The notes: a model not told the origin generated them from the sequence alone. 63,062 nt of DNA, filler included, from 5 parts of 5 records of this genome joined end to end with filler, not necessarily neighbours in it; one strand, 5' to 3'. Positions 26,444-36,942 are shown, counted from the whole stretch's first letter. Made by a program: numbers and translations.

Positions 26444-29019
26444 GCTTGACGAAAACAGTCTGCCCCTATTGCGGCGTTGGATGCGGCGTGCTCGCGGGGG
26501 CGGATGGCACAATCAAAGGCGATCCCGACCATCCGGCGAACTTCGGGCGGCTGTGCTCAAAGGGCTCTGCCCTTGGGGAAACGATCGATCTAGACGGGCG
26601 GTTGCTGCGCCCGCAGATCGCCGGGAAAGATGCAGATTGGGATGACGCGCTTGATCTGATGGCTGAAAAATTCAGCGCAGCCATCCGCGATCATGGGCCC
26701 GATAGCGTGGCCTTCTATGTCTCGGGCCAGATCCTGACCGAAGACTATTATATCGCGAACAAGCTGATGAAAGGCTTTATCGGGTCTGCGAATATCGACA
26801 CGAATTCAAGGCTTTGCATGGCCTCTTCCGTTGCAGGCCACAAACGCGCCTTTGGCACTGACACCGTGCCCGGCACCTATGAAGATCTGGAACAAGCCGA
26901 TCTAATTGTGCTCGTCGGCTCGAACCTTGCTTGGTGCCATCCTGTGCTGCACCAACGGATATCTGCGGCCAAGGCGGCGCGTCCCGACATGAAAGTCGTG
27001 AACATCGACCCGCGCAAAACGGCAACGAGCGCGCTCGCGGATCATCACTTTCGGATCGTTCCGGATGGCGACATCGCCCTGTTCAACGGCTTGCTTGCCT
27101 ATCTGGCAGACACAGGCGCGGTGAATACCCGCTACGTGCGCGATCATGTTGCCGGGATGATGTCCGCGATCACGCAAGCCCGTTTGGATACCCCCGCCGA
27201 ATGCGGCCTTACCCAAGAAGAGCTCGCGCAGTTCTATCAGCTTTGGGCTGGCACACAGAAAGTCGTGACCGTCTATTCGCAAGGCGTGAACCAATCGGTC
27301 TGCGGCACCGACAAGGTCAACGCGATCCTGAATTGCCATCTCGCCACCGGACGCATCGGCACTCCCGGCTGCGGCCCGTTTTCCGTAACAGGCCAACCCA
27401 ATGCGATGGGCGGCCGCGAGGTCGGCGGCTTGGCCAATATGCTAGCCAACCACTTGGACATCGAAAACCCGGACCACCGCGACCGTGTCCAAGGGTTTTG
27501 GAACAGCCCGACAATCTGCGCGACACCCGGCCTAAAAACCGTCGACATGTTCCAAGCCTGCGCTGACGGCAAGATCAAGGCGTTGTGGGTGATGTCCACC
27601 AATCCCGCGGTAAGCCTGCCAAATGCGCAAGACGTCGCAAAAGCCATCGCGAATGTGCCCTTTGTCGCCGTGTCCGACATCATGGCGCGCACAGATACGG
27701 GCGATCTGGCCGACGTTCTTTTGCCCGCGACCGGATGGGGCGAAAAGGACGGGACAGTCACCAATTCAGAACGCCGCATTTCACGTCAACGCGCCTTTCT
27801 GCCCGTTCCTGGCGAGGCCCGGCCCGACTGGAAAACGCTGTGCGACGTCGGCAGACGCATGGGCTGGGACGCGGCGTTCAACTTCGAAACACCGGCAGAA
27901 ATCTTTGCCGAATACGTAGCCCTGTCAGAGGCCACTATGGATTTTGGCCGCGATCTGGACCTGAGTATTTTCGCCGACGTCGATTATGCGAACCTCATTC
28001 CGACGCAATGGCCAAAGGATGGCAAACGCTTCTTTTCAGATGGCCGGTTTTTTCACGCCGACGGCAAGGCGCGGATGCTGCCTGTTTCTGCGCCAGCCCC
28101 CGCACCAAACGATACATTTACGCTGAATACCGGACGCAACCGCGATCAATGGCACACGATGACCCGCAGTGGAAAAGCCCCCCGCCTTGGCGCGCATCTG
28201 GCTGAACCTTACGGCGAATTGCACCCCGATGACGCGGCCAAGATGAAAATCCGCGCTGGCGATCTTATTGAGGTACAAAGCAGGTATGGACAGGCAATTC
28301 TGCGCGCGCTGATCACTGATCGCGGCCCCAAAGGCCAGATTTTCGCGCCCATCCATTGGACCCGCCAACAAAGCAGCGCGGGGACGATCAACACCTTGAT
28401 CCCGCCTGTCGTTGATCCGTTTTCAGGTCAGCCCGCAACAAAGAATAATGCGGTCACAGCACGCAAATATCGCGCCAGCTGGTTCGGCTTTGCCGCCGCT
28501 CTGAACCCTTTGCGACCTGACAGCGCATATGCCGCCGTGGCACGGTCCCTGACAGGGTGGCAGGGCGAATATGCGGGCGTTGAAACACCGGATGACTGGG
28601 AAGAATTCGCACGTGATGTGATGGATGTAGAGGGATGCGCTGCCTCCGAAGTCCGCGACCAATCTGGAAACACCACGCGGCTTGCCTTTTACAACGGCGA
28701 TATTCTGGTCGGGTTGTTCTTTGCCAGCACCGCGCCGGTATCGCTCGCTCGTAACACGGCTATTTCGATTATCGGGACATCAACGCCGCCCTTGCAGGCG
28801 CTGGCGGGTCGCAACGGCGCGGATCAACCCGATCCGGGAACCACGGTCTGCGCCTGTTTGAACGTGGGGATCAACACCTTGCGCGCAGCGATTGCGGACG
28901 GGGCCACAACCGTCGAAGCCTTGGGCGAAGTCACCTGCGCGGGCACCAATTGCGGGTCTTGCAAGCCGGAACTTGCCAGCCTGCTTGCGCAGATGCGCAT
29001 ACCGATGGCCGCCGAATGA
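26440..29019 (+). CDS. nasA: Assimilatory nitrate reductase catalytic subunit
   Basis: CPYCGVGC...LCSKG, NSRLCMASS, GQPNAMGGRE, NTGR.RDQWHTMTR, C-terminal BFD-like CAC...CGSC. Confidence 0.95.
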   Translation: MSLTKTVCPYCGVGCGVLAGADGTIKGDPDHPANFGRLCSKGSALGETIDLDGRLLRPQIAGKDADWDDALDLMAEKFSAAIRDHGPDSVAFYVSGQILTEDYYIANKLMKGFIGSANIDTNSRLCMASSVAGHKRAFGTDTVPGTYEDLEQADLIVLVGSNLAWCHPVLHQRISAAKAARPDMKVVNIDPRKTATSALADHHFRIVPDGDIALFNGLLAYLADTGAVNTRYVRDHVAGMMSAITQARLDTPAECGLTQEELAQFYQLWAGTQKVVTVYSQGVNQSVCGTDKVNAILNCHLATGRIGTPGCGPFSVTGQPNAMGGREVGGLANMLANHLDIENPDHRDRVQGFWNSPTICATPGLKTVDMFQACADGKIKALWVMSTNPAVSLPNAQDVAKAIANVPFVAVSDIMARTDTGDLADVLLPATGWGEKDGTVTNSERRISRQRAFLPVPGEARPDWKTLCDVGRRMGWDAAFNFETPAEIFAEYVALSEATMDFGRDLDLSIFADVDYANLIPTQWPKDGKRFFSDGRFFHADGKARMLPVSAPAPAPNDTFTLNTGRNRDQWHTMTRSGKAPRLGAHLAEPYGELHPDDAAKMKIRAGDLIEVQSRYGQAILRALITDRGPKGQIFAPIHWTRQQSSAGTINTLIPPVVDPFSGQPATKNNAVTARKYRASWFGFAAALNPLRPDSAYAAVARSLTGWQGEYAGVETPDDWEEFARDVMDVEGCAASEVRDQSGNTTRLAFYNGDILVGLFFASTAPVSLARNTAISIIGTSTPPLQALAGRNGADQPDPGTTVCACLNVGINTLRAAIADGATTVEALGEVTCAGTNCGSCKPELASLLAQMRIPMAAE

Positions 29020-29957
29020 CCCTGGCCCCCTTTGTTCGCATTGTCGCCCAAGGCAAGGGCCGCGCCCGTCCCCTGACACAAGACGAGGCACTGCAGGCCA
29101 TGACGATTATGCTGTCGGGGAATGCGGCCCCCGAAGCGGTTGGCGCGCTTCTTATGGTGCTGCGATTGCGCGGCGAAACCGATGCAGAGATCGCAGGCTT
29201 TACCGCCGCTTTGCGCGCTAGCACGACGCATTTGCCCCGCGCCGATCTGGATTGGCCGTCCTACGCCGCAGGTCGCACGCGCGGATCGCCCTTGTTCCTA
29301 TTGGCCGCCCGGTTGGTTTGTGATGCAGGCTACACCGTGTCGATGCATGGCTGGAATTCGCATCAAAACGCCTTTGCTGACGTGCGCGGCGTGATGGACG
29401 ACTTGGGGCTCGCGGGACGGGGTTTGACATACACCTCTCTCGAAAACCTTAACCCCGTTGCGTTTGATCTGCTCAGGTTACGCGACACCTTTGGGCTTCG
29501 GTCCTGCATCAATACAGTTTTGCGCATGTTCAACCCGTCCGGTGCCAAGGCATCGGTGCAAGGCGTGTTCCACCCGTCCTATCGAGGTTTGCAATCGCGG
29601 GCGGCAGCGTTGCTTGGCGACGAAAACCTGACCGTCATCAAAGGTGGCGGCGGAGAGTTCGAGCGCAACCCGGCGAAAGATGCGGCCCTGTTTGGTCTGC
29701 GCGCGGGTGTTGAGCTTGATGCCGTTGCGCGTGCGCTCGTCAGCGATACGCGACGCCTGCACGAGCCAAAGCACGACATTGATTTAAAGGCGCTGTGGAA
29801 CGGTGATCTGGACGATCCTTTTGCAACGGCCACCGTCACCGGAACAGCCGCCCTTGCGCTTTGGACGTTGGGGGCGTGCCCGAATGTGCGCGACTGCGAA
29901 GACATGGCCAAAACCCTTTGGTTCGAGCGTCTTACACCCGAAAGGAGACTAGCATGA
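29016..29957 (+). CDS. YbiB-like / glycosyl transferase family 3 (TrpD-fold) protein
   Basis: G.GRAR.LT..EA, GALLM.LRLRGET, DLDWPSYA, GVFHP.Y, KGGGGEFER; ATGA overlap with nasA. Confidence 0.85.
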   Translation: MTLAPFVRIVAQGKGRARPLTQDEALQAMTIMLSGNAAPEAVGALLMVLRLRGETDAEIAGFTAALRASTTHLPRADLDWPSYAAGRTRGSPLFLLAARLVCDAGYTVSMHGWNSHQNAFADVRGVMDDLGLAGRGLTYTSLENLNPVAFDLLRLRDTFGLRSCINTVLRMFNPSGAKASVQGVFHPSYRGLQSRAAALLGDENLTVIKGGGGEFERNPAKDAALFGLRAGVELDAVARALVSDTRRLHEPKHDIDLKALWNGDLDDPFATATVTGTAALALWTLGACPNVRDCEDMAKTLWFERLTPERRLA

Positions 29958-31330
29958 AAACCTTTCCCATGTTCCTTCAAATGCGAGGCCGACGCGTTGT
30001 CATTGCGGGCGGCGGCGAACAGGCCGCGCAGAAATGTCGCTTGATCCTCAAGACAGAGGCCAAGATCACGATCCTCGCGGCGGCGCTGGATCCCGAGCTC
30101 GCTGATCTGCATGCAACGGGTCGCATCGACTGGCAAACAGGGCCCATCACGCCGGACAGTTTCGCCGACACCGCTTTGGTCTTTATTGCCAGCGGTTGTC
30201 CGGGTCTTGACGCCAGCCTGCACAAGCTGGCCAAGGCTGCGGGCGCAACTGTCAACGTCGTGGATCAGCCAGACCTGTGCGACGCGCTAACGCCGTCGAT
30301 CGTGGATCGCAGTCCGGTTGTTGTCGCGATCGGCACCGAAGGCACAGCGCCCGTTCTGGCCCGCCAAATCAAAACCAAACTGGAAACTCTGCTGGAACCG
30401 CGTCTGGGTGATCTTGCCTCAATCGCGGGCCGCCTAAGGGACCGCGCCGCGATGCGTCTTGGGTCAAGGGATCGCCGTGATCTGTGGCGTTGGGTTTTCA
30501 ATGGCCCCGTTCGCGACGCGCATGCAACCGGAGCAGAGCGTAAAGCAGCGATGATGATCAAAGAGGCCATCGACACAGGCAGCTTCAAAGAACCCCAGAC
30601 AGGATCAGTCGCGTTGGTCGGTGCCGGGCCCGGTGCGAAAGATTTGATCACCTTGCGCGGTGTCCAGCGTCTGCAAGAAGCAGATGTGATTTACTATGAT
30701 CGGCTTGTTGATCCCGAAATCCTTGATCTGGCACGGCGCGATGCGGAACGTGTTTACGTGGGCAAGGCCCCGGGCTGTCATCACTGGCCCCAAGACAAGA
30801 TTTGCAACGTCATCGTCTCTGCCGCCCAACAAGGCAAACGCGTTGTGCGCTTGAAATGCGGCGATCCGGGGGTGTTTGCCCGCGGCCGCGAAGAAGCCGA
30901 TGCGCTGAATGCAGCCAATATCCCCTATGAAATTGTCCCCGGTGTGACATCCGCCAGCGCGGCGTCGGCGGCAATTGGCGGTTTCCTGACCGAGCGCGGA
31001 ACCTGCGACACACTTGTTTTCGCAACAGGCCAGTCCGAAGACCCGAACAAGGCACCCGGTTGGGTCGCAACCTTGCGCCCCGGTACGCGTGTTGCTGTCT
31101 ACATGGGGGTCGGTTCGGCGGAAAAGATCGTGACCCATTTGCAGGCTGCGGGCCTTGCGAGCCGCATAGAGGTGGACATTGTTGCCAATGCCCAAAGGCC
31201 AGAACAAGTTGTCGCACAATGCCGCGTCAACACATTGCTCGACACTCTAGCGCGCGATAGCATTTCCAGCCCTGCGATCCTTTTCCTCACGTGGCCATCG
31301 CAACCAGCCCTGCGGGTGGCAATCTCTTAG
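29954..31330 (+). CDS. cysG: Siroheme synthase
   Basis: GGG..A..K dehydrogenase part; LVGAGPG..DLITL, RLKCGDP..F.RG, VPGVT; AGGAG ribosome-binding site before ATG 29954. Confidence 0.94.
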   Translation: MKTFPMFLQMRGRRVVIAGGGEQAAQKCRLILKTEAKITILAAALDPELADLHATGRIDWQTGPITPDSFADTALVFIASGCPGLDASLHKLAKAAGATVNVVDQPDLCDALTPSIVDRSPVVVAIGTEGTAPVLARQIKTKLETLLEPRLGDLASIAGRLRDRAAMRLGSRDRRDLWRWVFNGPVRDAHATGAERKAAMMIKEAIDTGSFKEPQTGSVALVGAGPGAKDLITLRGVQRLQEADVIYYDRLVDPEILDLARRDAERVYVGKAPGCHHWPQDKICNVIVSAAQQGKRVVRLKCGDPGVFARGREEADALNAANIPYEIVPGVTSASAASAAIGGFLTERGTCDTLVFATGQSEDPNKAPGWVATLRPGTRVAVYMGVGSAEKIVTHLQAAGLASRIEVDIVANAQRPEQVVAQCRVNTLLDTLARDSISSPAILFLTWPSQPALRVAIS

Positions 31331-31445
31331 GGTCTGCGAAAGGGAAACGATGGTAACATTGTATCCTTGCTCCAGCGCCTTCTCTAGCCGCCGTTTGAGA
31401 AACTGCACTGGACCAAATTGACACACGGACCCTGTTCGTGATCGT

Positions 31446-32510
31446 TCAATCTATGGCCCAAGCTTGCAGGTACCCTGTAATCAGGTTCACAAGCGTTTCA
31501 TGGATATCAGCACGGCTTTGCCCGCCCGCATCGTCGCATAACGGATCCATCTCTCCTTCGTTCTCTAATATTCGGGCACCTGCGGCTTTGCATTCAGCGA
31601 GGAAGCTGAAATGCGTCGCGTCAGGGACGATGGCATATGTCGACCCCGCGATCTGTTCTGCAGCGGGACGGGCGTAGACGCCTGCGGGCACTTTATCTTC
31701 GTCGCCCAGATTTATCATCAGCATCGGGATATCGATCGCGGCCAAGCTGGTGTTGGTGAGGGTGCTGACAATACCCGGGTCGATAACCACCGCGTTTGAT
31801 ATCCTTGGATCACGCAAATCCTGCGATGCAGGCGACAGATCCATCGCATGCAGATCAACCCCGAAATGCGCAAGAAAGGCGCAATCGGACATGCCTTGAT
31901 CCGTGTCATCGCAAAACCCCTGCAACCGGTCCGGATCAACCCGCGCACCGGACACAGCCAGTGCCGTATACCCCCCGGCCGAAAACCCGAGCATCGAAAT
32001 GCGGCCCGTGTCGATATAGGGATAGGCATCGCTGTTGGTGGTGATCTCGTCCAGAACGGCAGAGATATCCGCCGGACGTTCCCAAACGCGCACAGCCGCC
32101 TGCGCCGAGGCATTACCCGTCGTCGTGCCGGGATGGTTGGGCAGAACAACGACAAACCCCGCCTGTGCCAGTTCGGACGCGATCCAGCCAAATTGCCCGG
32201 CATTACCGCCCGCCCCGTGGGATATGATAACCAGCGGAAACGACCCCTGTTGATGCGGTGCACGACGCCCCGCTGGCGTTCCATAGAACACGCCGTTGCC
32301 ACCAGCCGTGACCGCTTTTCCGCCCGATGTTGCGGGGTACCAGATGTGGAACGAAATCGTATCCTCGCGGATCGGCGCATAGGCTTTGCCATAGGTGATG
32401 CCGGCGTTGCCGTCATAGGCGGGGCGCAGCACCTCATAGGTCCCCCATCCGGCGAGGCCAAGCACGGCGGCGCAAGCAGTGGCTTTGAGAATGGTTCTGA
32501 ACTTTGACAT
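31446..32510 (-). CDS. Secreted alpha/beta hydrolase (predicted dienelactone-hydrolase-like)
   Basis: ISHG.GG, GFSAGG (GxSxG), ATHFSF; N-terminal signal/anchor. Confidence 0.85.
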   Translation of the reverse strand: MSKFRTILKATACAAVLGLAGWGTYEVLRPAYDGNAGITYGKAYAPIREDTISFHIWYPATSGGKAVTAGGNGVFYGTPAGRRAPHQQGSFPLVIISHGAGGNAGQFGWIASELAQAGFVVVLPNHPGTTTGNASAQAAVRVWERPADISAVLDEITTNSDAYPYIDTGRISMLGFSAGGYTALAVSGARVDPDRLQGFCDDTDQGMSDCAFLAHFGVDLHAMDLSPASQDLRDPRISNAVVIDPGIVSTLTNTSLAAIDIPMLMINLGDEDKVPAGVYARPAAEQIAGSTYAIVPDATHFSFLAECKAAGARILENEGEMDPLCDDAGGQSRADIHETLVNLITGYLQAWAID

Positions 32511-32655
32511 CGCGGCTCTCCGGTTCCTGAGTTTGTGATGCACCAGTTATGGTACACCCGCCCGGAACCCGCGTCCTGAAACGCGATAAAGGTCGTCCTG
32601 ATACGCGATCAAGTATATCGTCGGGCCTATCTGAAACGATCAAAGTCCAGACAAT

Positions 32656-33669
32656 ATGCTATTCGTTCCCCTGCCCTTGTTCGCCACGCTGGTGTTGGCG
32701 TTCGTGTTCGCGCGCTTTGTGTCGAGCCGCGATATGACCGCGCGCCCGCATCAGTTGTTCGCGGGGTTGATCGCGCTTTATGCCATACAATCACTGCTCA
32801 CCTCACTACGCTGGGGCTATGGCATCAGTGGCGCGGCAATCGTAATGGCCGTTCTTGCACCGGTTCTGCCAGCGGTGGCTTATCTGGCATATCAAACGCT
32901 ATCGGGGCGGCAGCGGGGCCTGCAATGGTGGCCCTTGGCGGTTGTTGCCGTCAATTGGGCCGTGTTGGCCGTCGCGCCATCCCTCGCTGATCCGTTGATC
33001 CTGATGACATATCTTGGCTTTGGGGCGGTGTTGTTGCGGCTTTATTGGCGGGGCGAAGACCAGCTGACACTGTCCCCGATCAATGATGCGCGTGAAATCT
33101 TGATGGCGATGGGGCTGACGGGGGCCATGCTCATCGCCTCGGGGCTGACGGATGTCTATGTGATCTATGATTTCATCAAAACCGACGGGCGTAATGCCGG
33201 CCTTGTTTTGACTTTTGCCCAAACATTCTTTGTTCTGGTGATCGGCGTGTCAGCATTGTTTGGCAAGGCTGCTGCTGCCCCCGACAAGGAAATAGAAACG
33301 CCCCAGTTGCCAACGCAGGATGTGACGGAGGCGGATGAAGAGATTTTGAAACGTCTCGAAACGCTTTTTGACCGCGACCGGCTGCATACCACCGAAGATC
33401 TCAGCCTGCGACGGTTGTCCCGGCGTCTTGGCGTTCCGGATCGGCAGGTCTCGAACGCGGTGAACCGCATCAAACACATGAGCGTTTCGCAATTTGTTAA
33501 CGAGTACCGGATCAAAGAAGCCTGCAGCCTGCTGCACGAGACAGACGAAACCGTTCTGGCCATTTCGCTGGCGGCAGGATTTGCGACGAAATCCAATTTC
33601 AACCGCGAATTTGCACGTGTCACCGGGCAAACACCGTCGCAGTGGCGGTCAGCAAACAAAGCATCCTGA
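32656..33669 (+). CDS. Membrane-spanning AraC-family regulator
   Basis: About 7 hydrophobic segments, then an AraC HTH (FVNEYRI.EA...AGF.TKSNFNREF). Confidence 0.9.
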   Translation: MLFVPLPLFATLVLAFVFARFVSSRDMTARPHQLFAGLIALYAIQSLLTSLRWGYGISGAAIVMAVLAPVLPAVAYLAYQTLSGRQRGLQWWPLAVVAVNWAVLAVAPSLADPLILMTYLGFGAVLLRLYWRGEDQLTLSPINDAREILMAMGLTGAMLIASGLTDVYVIYDFIKTDGRNAGLVLTFAQTFFVLVIGVSALFGKAAAAPDKEIETPQLPTQDVTEADEEILKRLETLFDRDRLHTTEDLSLRRLSRRLGVPDRQVSNAVNRIKHMSVSQFVNEYRIKEACSLLHETDETVLAISLAAGFATKSNFNREFARVTGQTPSQWRSANKAS

Positions 33670-33779
33670 CAGATCGGAACAGCCCCTTGGCCGCGGATCA
33701 ACTGTTCAAGCAAACGGTTCTGAGCGCGTAGACATTATTCACATCTCCGCGCCCCACTTACCTATGCGTTTTTCGGGCT

Positions 33780-35519
33780 TTATGCTGTGTCATCTACCAG
33801 CTCGAATTCAACATGAAACGTCGAACCGACACCGACTTGGCTGTCATAGAAAACATCCCCCGACATCTGTTGGGCCAGCTTTTTCGAAATGTGCAGGCCA
33901 AGCCCGGACCCCTGGGTCGAGAACTGCCCGCCATTTTTCACCTGCTCGAAGTGGCCGAAAACTTGGCTTTCCATCCCTCCGGGAATACCGCGACCTGAAT
34001 CCTTGATCGACAGTCTGGCGCGCCCATTTTCAATCGCCAATGCGCCTTCGACCACGCCGTTTTCCTTTGAAAACTTGATGGCGTTCGAAACGAGGTTGTC
34101 AACGATCTGACGCAGAGCAAAGGCGTCGCCCACAATGATCGCCGAGCTATCGATTTTTGCGGTGACAAAACGCACGCCCCGCGTCGATGCGAACATCTTG
34201 TTTTCCTCAAGGCTCTCATCCAGCAGATCGCCCAGATCCACGGGTTTTTCGTCCAAGGGCAATGCGCCAATATCGATTTTCTGGGCCAAAAGGATATTAT
34301 CAACCAACCGCGACAGCCGGACCCCGTTCCTGTGCGCGATCTCGAGCAAAGATTTCATAGGGGCAGAGACATCGCCGAAACGGTCACTCAGCGCCAGCGC
34401 CAAACCACCGGTAAGCGAGGTCAAAGGCGTCCGCATTTCATGGCTCACCACCGAGATAAACTCGTCTTTCGCTTGGTTCGCCTCGTCTGCCGCTTGAAGC
34501 GCTGTCTCTAACGCCGCGCTGATCGCCATGCTCTCTGTGATATCGACGAAAGTGACGCTCCACCCCAGAATGGCACGATCGGGATCAAGGGGGTTTGCGA
34601 CTTCCTGCGTTCTTGCTTCGTAAAACCGCTGGCCGATCTTGAAATTCCCAACTTTTGCCGAGGCATTGGATCGGTCGATATTCTTCAACACCTCGTTTAA
34701 CAGGTGCCCTGCCCCATCGTGCAATTCGCTGTTCTTTGCCGCTGTGTTCATCTGTACGATATTGTGCGCCCGGTCGATCAAAACGACAGGTTCGCTCATT
34801 GTGTCGAACAGGATCGACGGCCCGACAGTCGCCATATCCAACGTTTTGTTCATCACCAGCAACGAACTAAAGGCGATGACGGCAACTGTGAACATAAACG
34901 CCGTGGGATCGAGGCCGAAAATCGTGAAACCCACGGTGACATAAGCCGCGTTCGTCGCAAGCGGGGTTATGGTCACCACGACCAACGTCCCCAGCAACGG
35001 CCAAGCTGAGTAATTTGAGCGCAGAAAGGCCCGGAAAAGGCACCAAAGGGTCGCGATCACGAAAGAGTATAAGGTCGCGATGATCGCATAAAACCCCGGC
35101 CCGTGAACATAGGTGACATGGTTTTGGCCCGGCAACATGCCTGTCGCTTCATCGTAAACAAGGTGGTGCCACTGGTTTGTCGCCGCAAAGGTAAAGACCG
35201 CCACAGTGACGATTACAGGCACCAAATAAACGCTGCGTTTTTTGGTCCAAGACGCATTGTCGACGTAGCCAAAAACAAAAAAACACCAGGCGACCGGTAC
35301 TGTCGCGTTGCCCAACCAAGCCAGAATCGCCAATCGGTACTGACATAGAAAACTGTCCGAAGCAGCTTCTGCGCCAACGACTACTAGGGTCCAAACCAGA
35401 GCCACAAAGGCGATTGTGTAATAGGGTTTGGCGTTAAAACTTTGGTATTTCAGCATCCAGACCATAACAAAAGCAGCCACCGCGCCGACACCCAGAACAC
35501 CTAAAAAAATAGGGTTCAT
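33780..35519 (-). CDS. 7TM sensor histidine kinase (HisKA_7TM + PAS-like + HisKA + HATPase)
   Basis: 7 TM; SHEMRTPL; NLVSNAIKF, DSGRGI, GSGLGL. Confidence 0.9.
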   Translation of the reverse strand: MNPIFLGVLGVGAVAAFVMVWMLKYQSFNAKPYYTIAFVALVWTLVVVGAEAASDSFLCQYRLAILAWLGNATVPVAWCFFVFGYVDNASWTKKRSVYLVPVIVTVAVFTFAATNQWHHLVYDEATGMLPGQNHVTYVHGPGFYAIIATLYSFVIATLWCLFRAFLRSNYSAWPLLGTLVVVTITPLATNAAYVTVGFTIFGLDPTAFMFTVAVIAFSSLLVMNKTLDMATVGPSILFDTMSEPVVLIDRAHNIVQMNTAAKNSELHDGAGHLLNEVLKNIDRSNASAKVGNFKIGQRFYEARTQEVANPLDPDRAILGWSVTFVDITESMAISAALETALQAADEANQAKDEFISVVSHEMRTPLTSLTGGLALALSDRFGDVSAPMKSLLEIAHRNGVRLSRLVDNILLAQKIDIGALPLDEKPVDLGDLLDESLEENKMFASTRGVRFVTAKIDSSAIIVGDAFALRQIVDNLVSNAIKFSKENGVVEGALAIENGRARLSIKDSGRGIPGGMESQVFGHFEQVKNGGQFSTQGSGLGLHISKKLAQQMSGDVFYDSQVGVGSTFHVEFELVDDTA

Positions 35520-35850
35520 TAGTATTCCGTCAAAGCATGTTATCATCGTCTCTGCCTAAGCCTCAATTTTACAGGCGATAAAAATCACGCGGTTGTGGTG
35601 AAAGTTTGTCCTAACCAAGACGTTAGCAATGCTCTTGCTTGCACGGAAAACTGGTTCGAACGATCACCTCACCGATTGGTCCTAGCATAAGTCGACCAAG
35701 TTAACCAAGTTGCAAGCGTTAATAAAATCAATCTGCAGTTGATTTATTTAATATCTCAACATCTGGCGAAAACTGACGCATCCCGTAACGCCGCGCGCCA
35801 GTCGCGTTGTAGCGCTAACCTTCCGGTTCCACCCGACATCTCATTTTCAC

Positions 35851-35941
35851 GACAACCCAGCCGTGGACAGGTTCCTTAAGGCCAAAAGGCTGACCTGATC
35901 AGGCACCCGTCCGGACGGGTGTGCAGGTCGGCTGGGATGTC
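35851..35941. other. Nested inverted repeats including a perfect 18-bp palindrome
   Basis: CACCCGTCCGGACGGGTG (35904-35921), flanked by GGCTGACCTG/CAGGTCGGCT and GACAACCCAGCC/GGCTGGGATGTC. Confidence 0.65.
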
Positions 35942-36297
35942 CCGTCGAATTCCTTAACGGCTTGCACATAATACGACGCCGCGACGCCCCCTTTGGGACG
36001 CAAATGCCCCGTCGCAACCGCGCTTTTCCCGGGTTCCAAAATTACGAGGCAAAGCCTCTCCAAATCCAAGGGTACCTCAATTTACTGCGGCTTTATCGCT
36101 AGGTTTTTACGCCGAAAGCTTAACCCGCGATCCAAAAGTATAGGACGATGATACCTACGGGAGCCGTGTCTACGCTCCTGCCGACTTATCCATCCGACTG
36201 TTTCAGTACAACTATAAGGACACGCCTCACAGAAAAACGATGAACAACCTACGAGCGCAGAACCGGCGTTCACTTACATGAAACAGGATGACTACCA

Positions 36298-36942
36298 ATG
36301 AAGATCACATCGCGCACACCTGACGTGACGGACATCGCCCAAAAGGGCGAGACATCAGTCGTAACCTTTGACGCCGCAGCGACAGAGCATGCGCGCGTAA
36401 CAGTGCATGAAAGCGTTGAAGATATCGCAAAGATGAGACGCAGCGGTACCGCTTTGGTGATCGAGGTGCGCAATGGTGAAATTATCTCCATTGAAGACTA
36501 CTATTCCTCCCCAGAAGAGATCACCATCTACTTCAGAGAAGACGATGGTGCCATTTTCACGCTGGAGCTTCTGTCCGCCGGAGGTTTCGCTCTGGTCCCC
36601 GCGAGCGAAGCAGTATTGGGCGGCGCAAGCCTCGCCGCGTTGGGCTTGGCCGGGGTTGGCGCTGCAGTAGCAGCTGCCAGTGCGGGTGGTGACGACGCCG
36701 CGAGCGGCGCTGCCGCTTCCCAAGACCAGTTAAACACGTTGAGCACGTTGAGCACGGGCACCGGAGGCGGTTCTACCAACAGCCGTATCATAAGCGGCGA
36801 TGCCAGTGACGGCGACAGGACCGCTTCCCAAGCAACATTAGACGCGTCGAACACCAACGATGCAACACCGGGGCTGACCGGCACCGTTGATGATCCTGCC
36901 GCCACTGTCGTTGTGACCGTCGATGGCATCGACTACCCCGCC
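36298..36942 (+). CDS. N-terminus of a large BapA/LapA-like Ig-repeat surface protein, 3'-truncated
   Basis: R.G..LVI....GE.I.I.DYY prefix, Gly/Ala hydrophobic stretch, first repeat TNDATPGLTGTVDDPAATVVVTVDG. Confidence 0.75.

Noticed and set aside
23182-35394. Many overlapping 60-280 aa ORFs, e.g. 31718-32557(-), 26902-27396(-), 29579-30223(-)
   Set aside because: Expected shadow ORFs in GC-rich DNA; they overlap well-supported genes and show no motifs.
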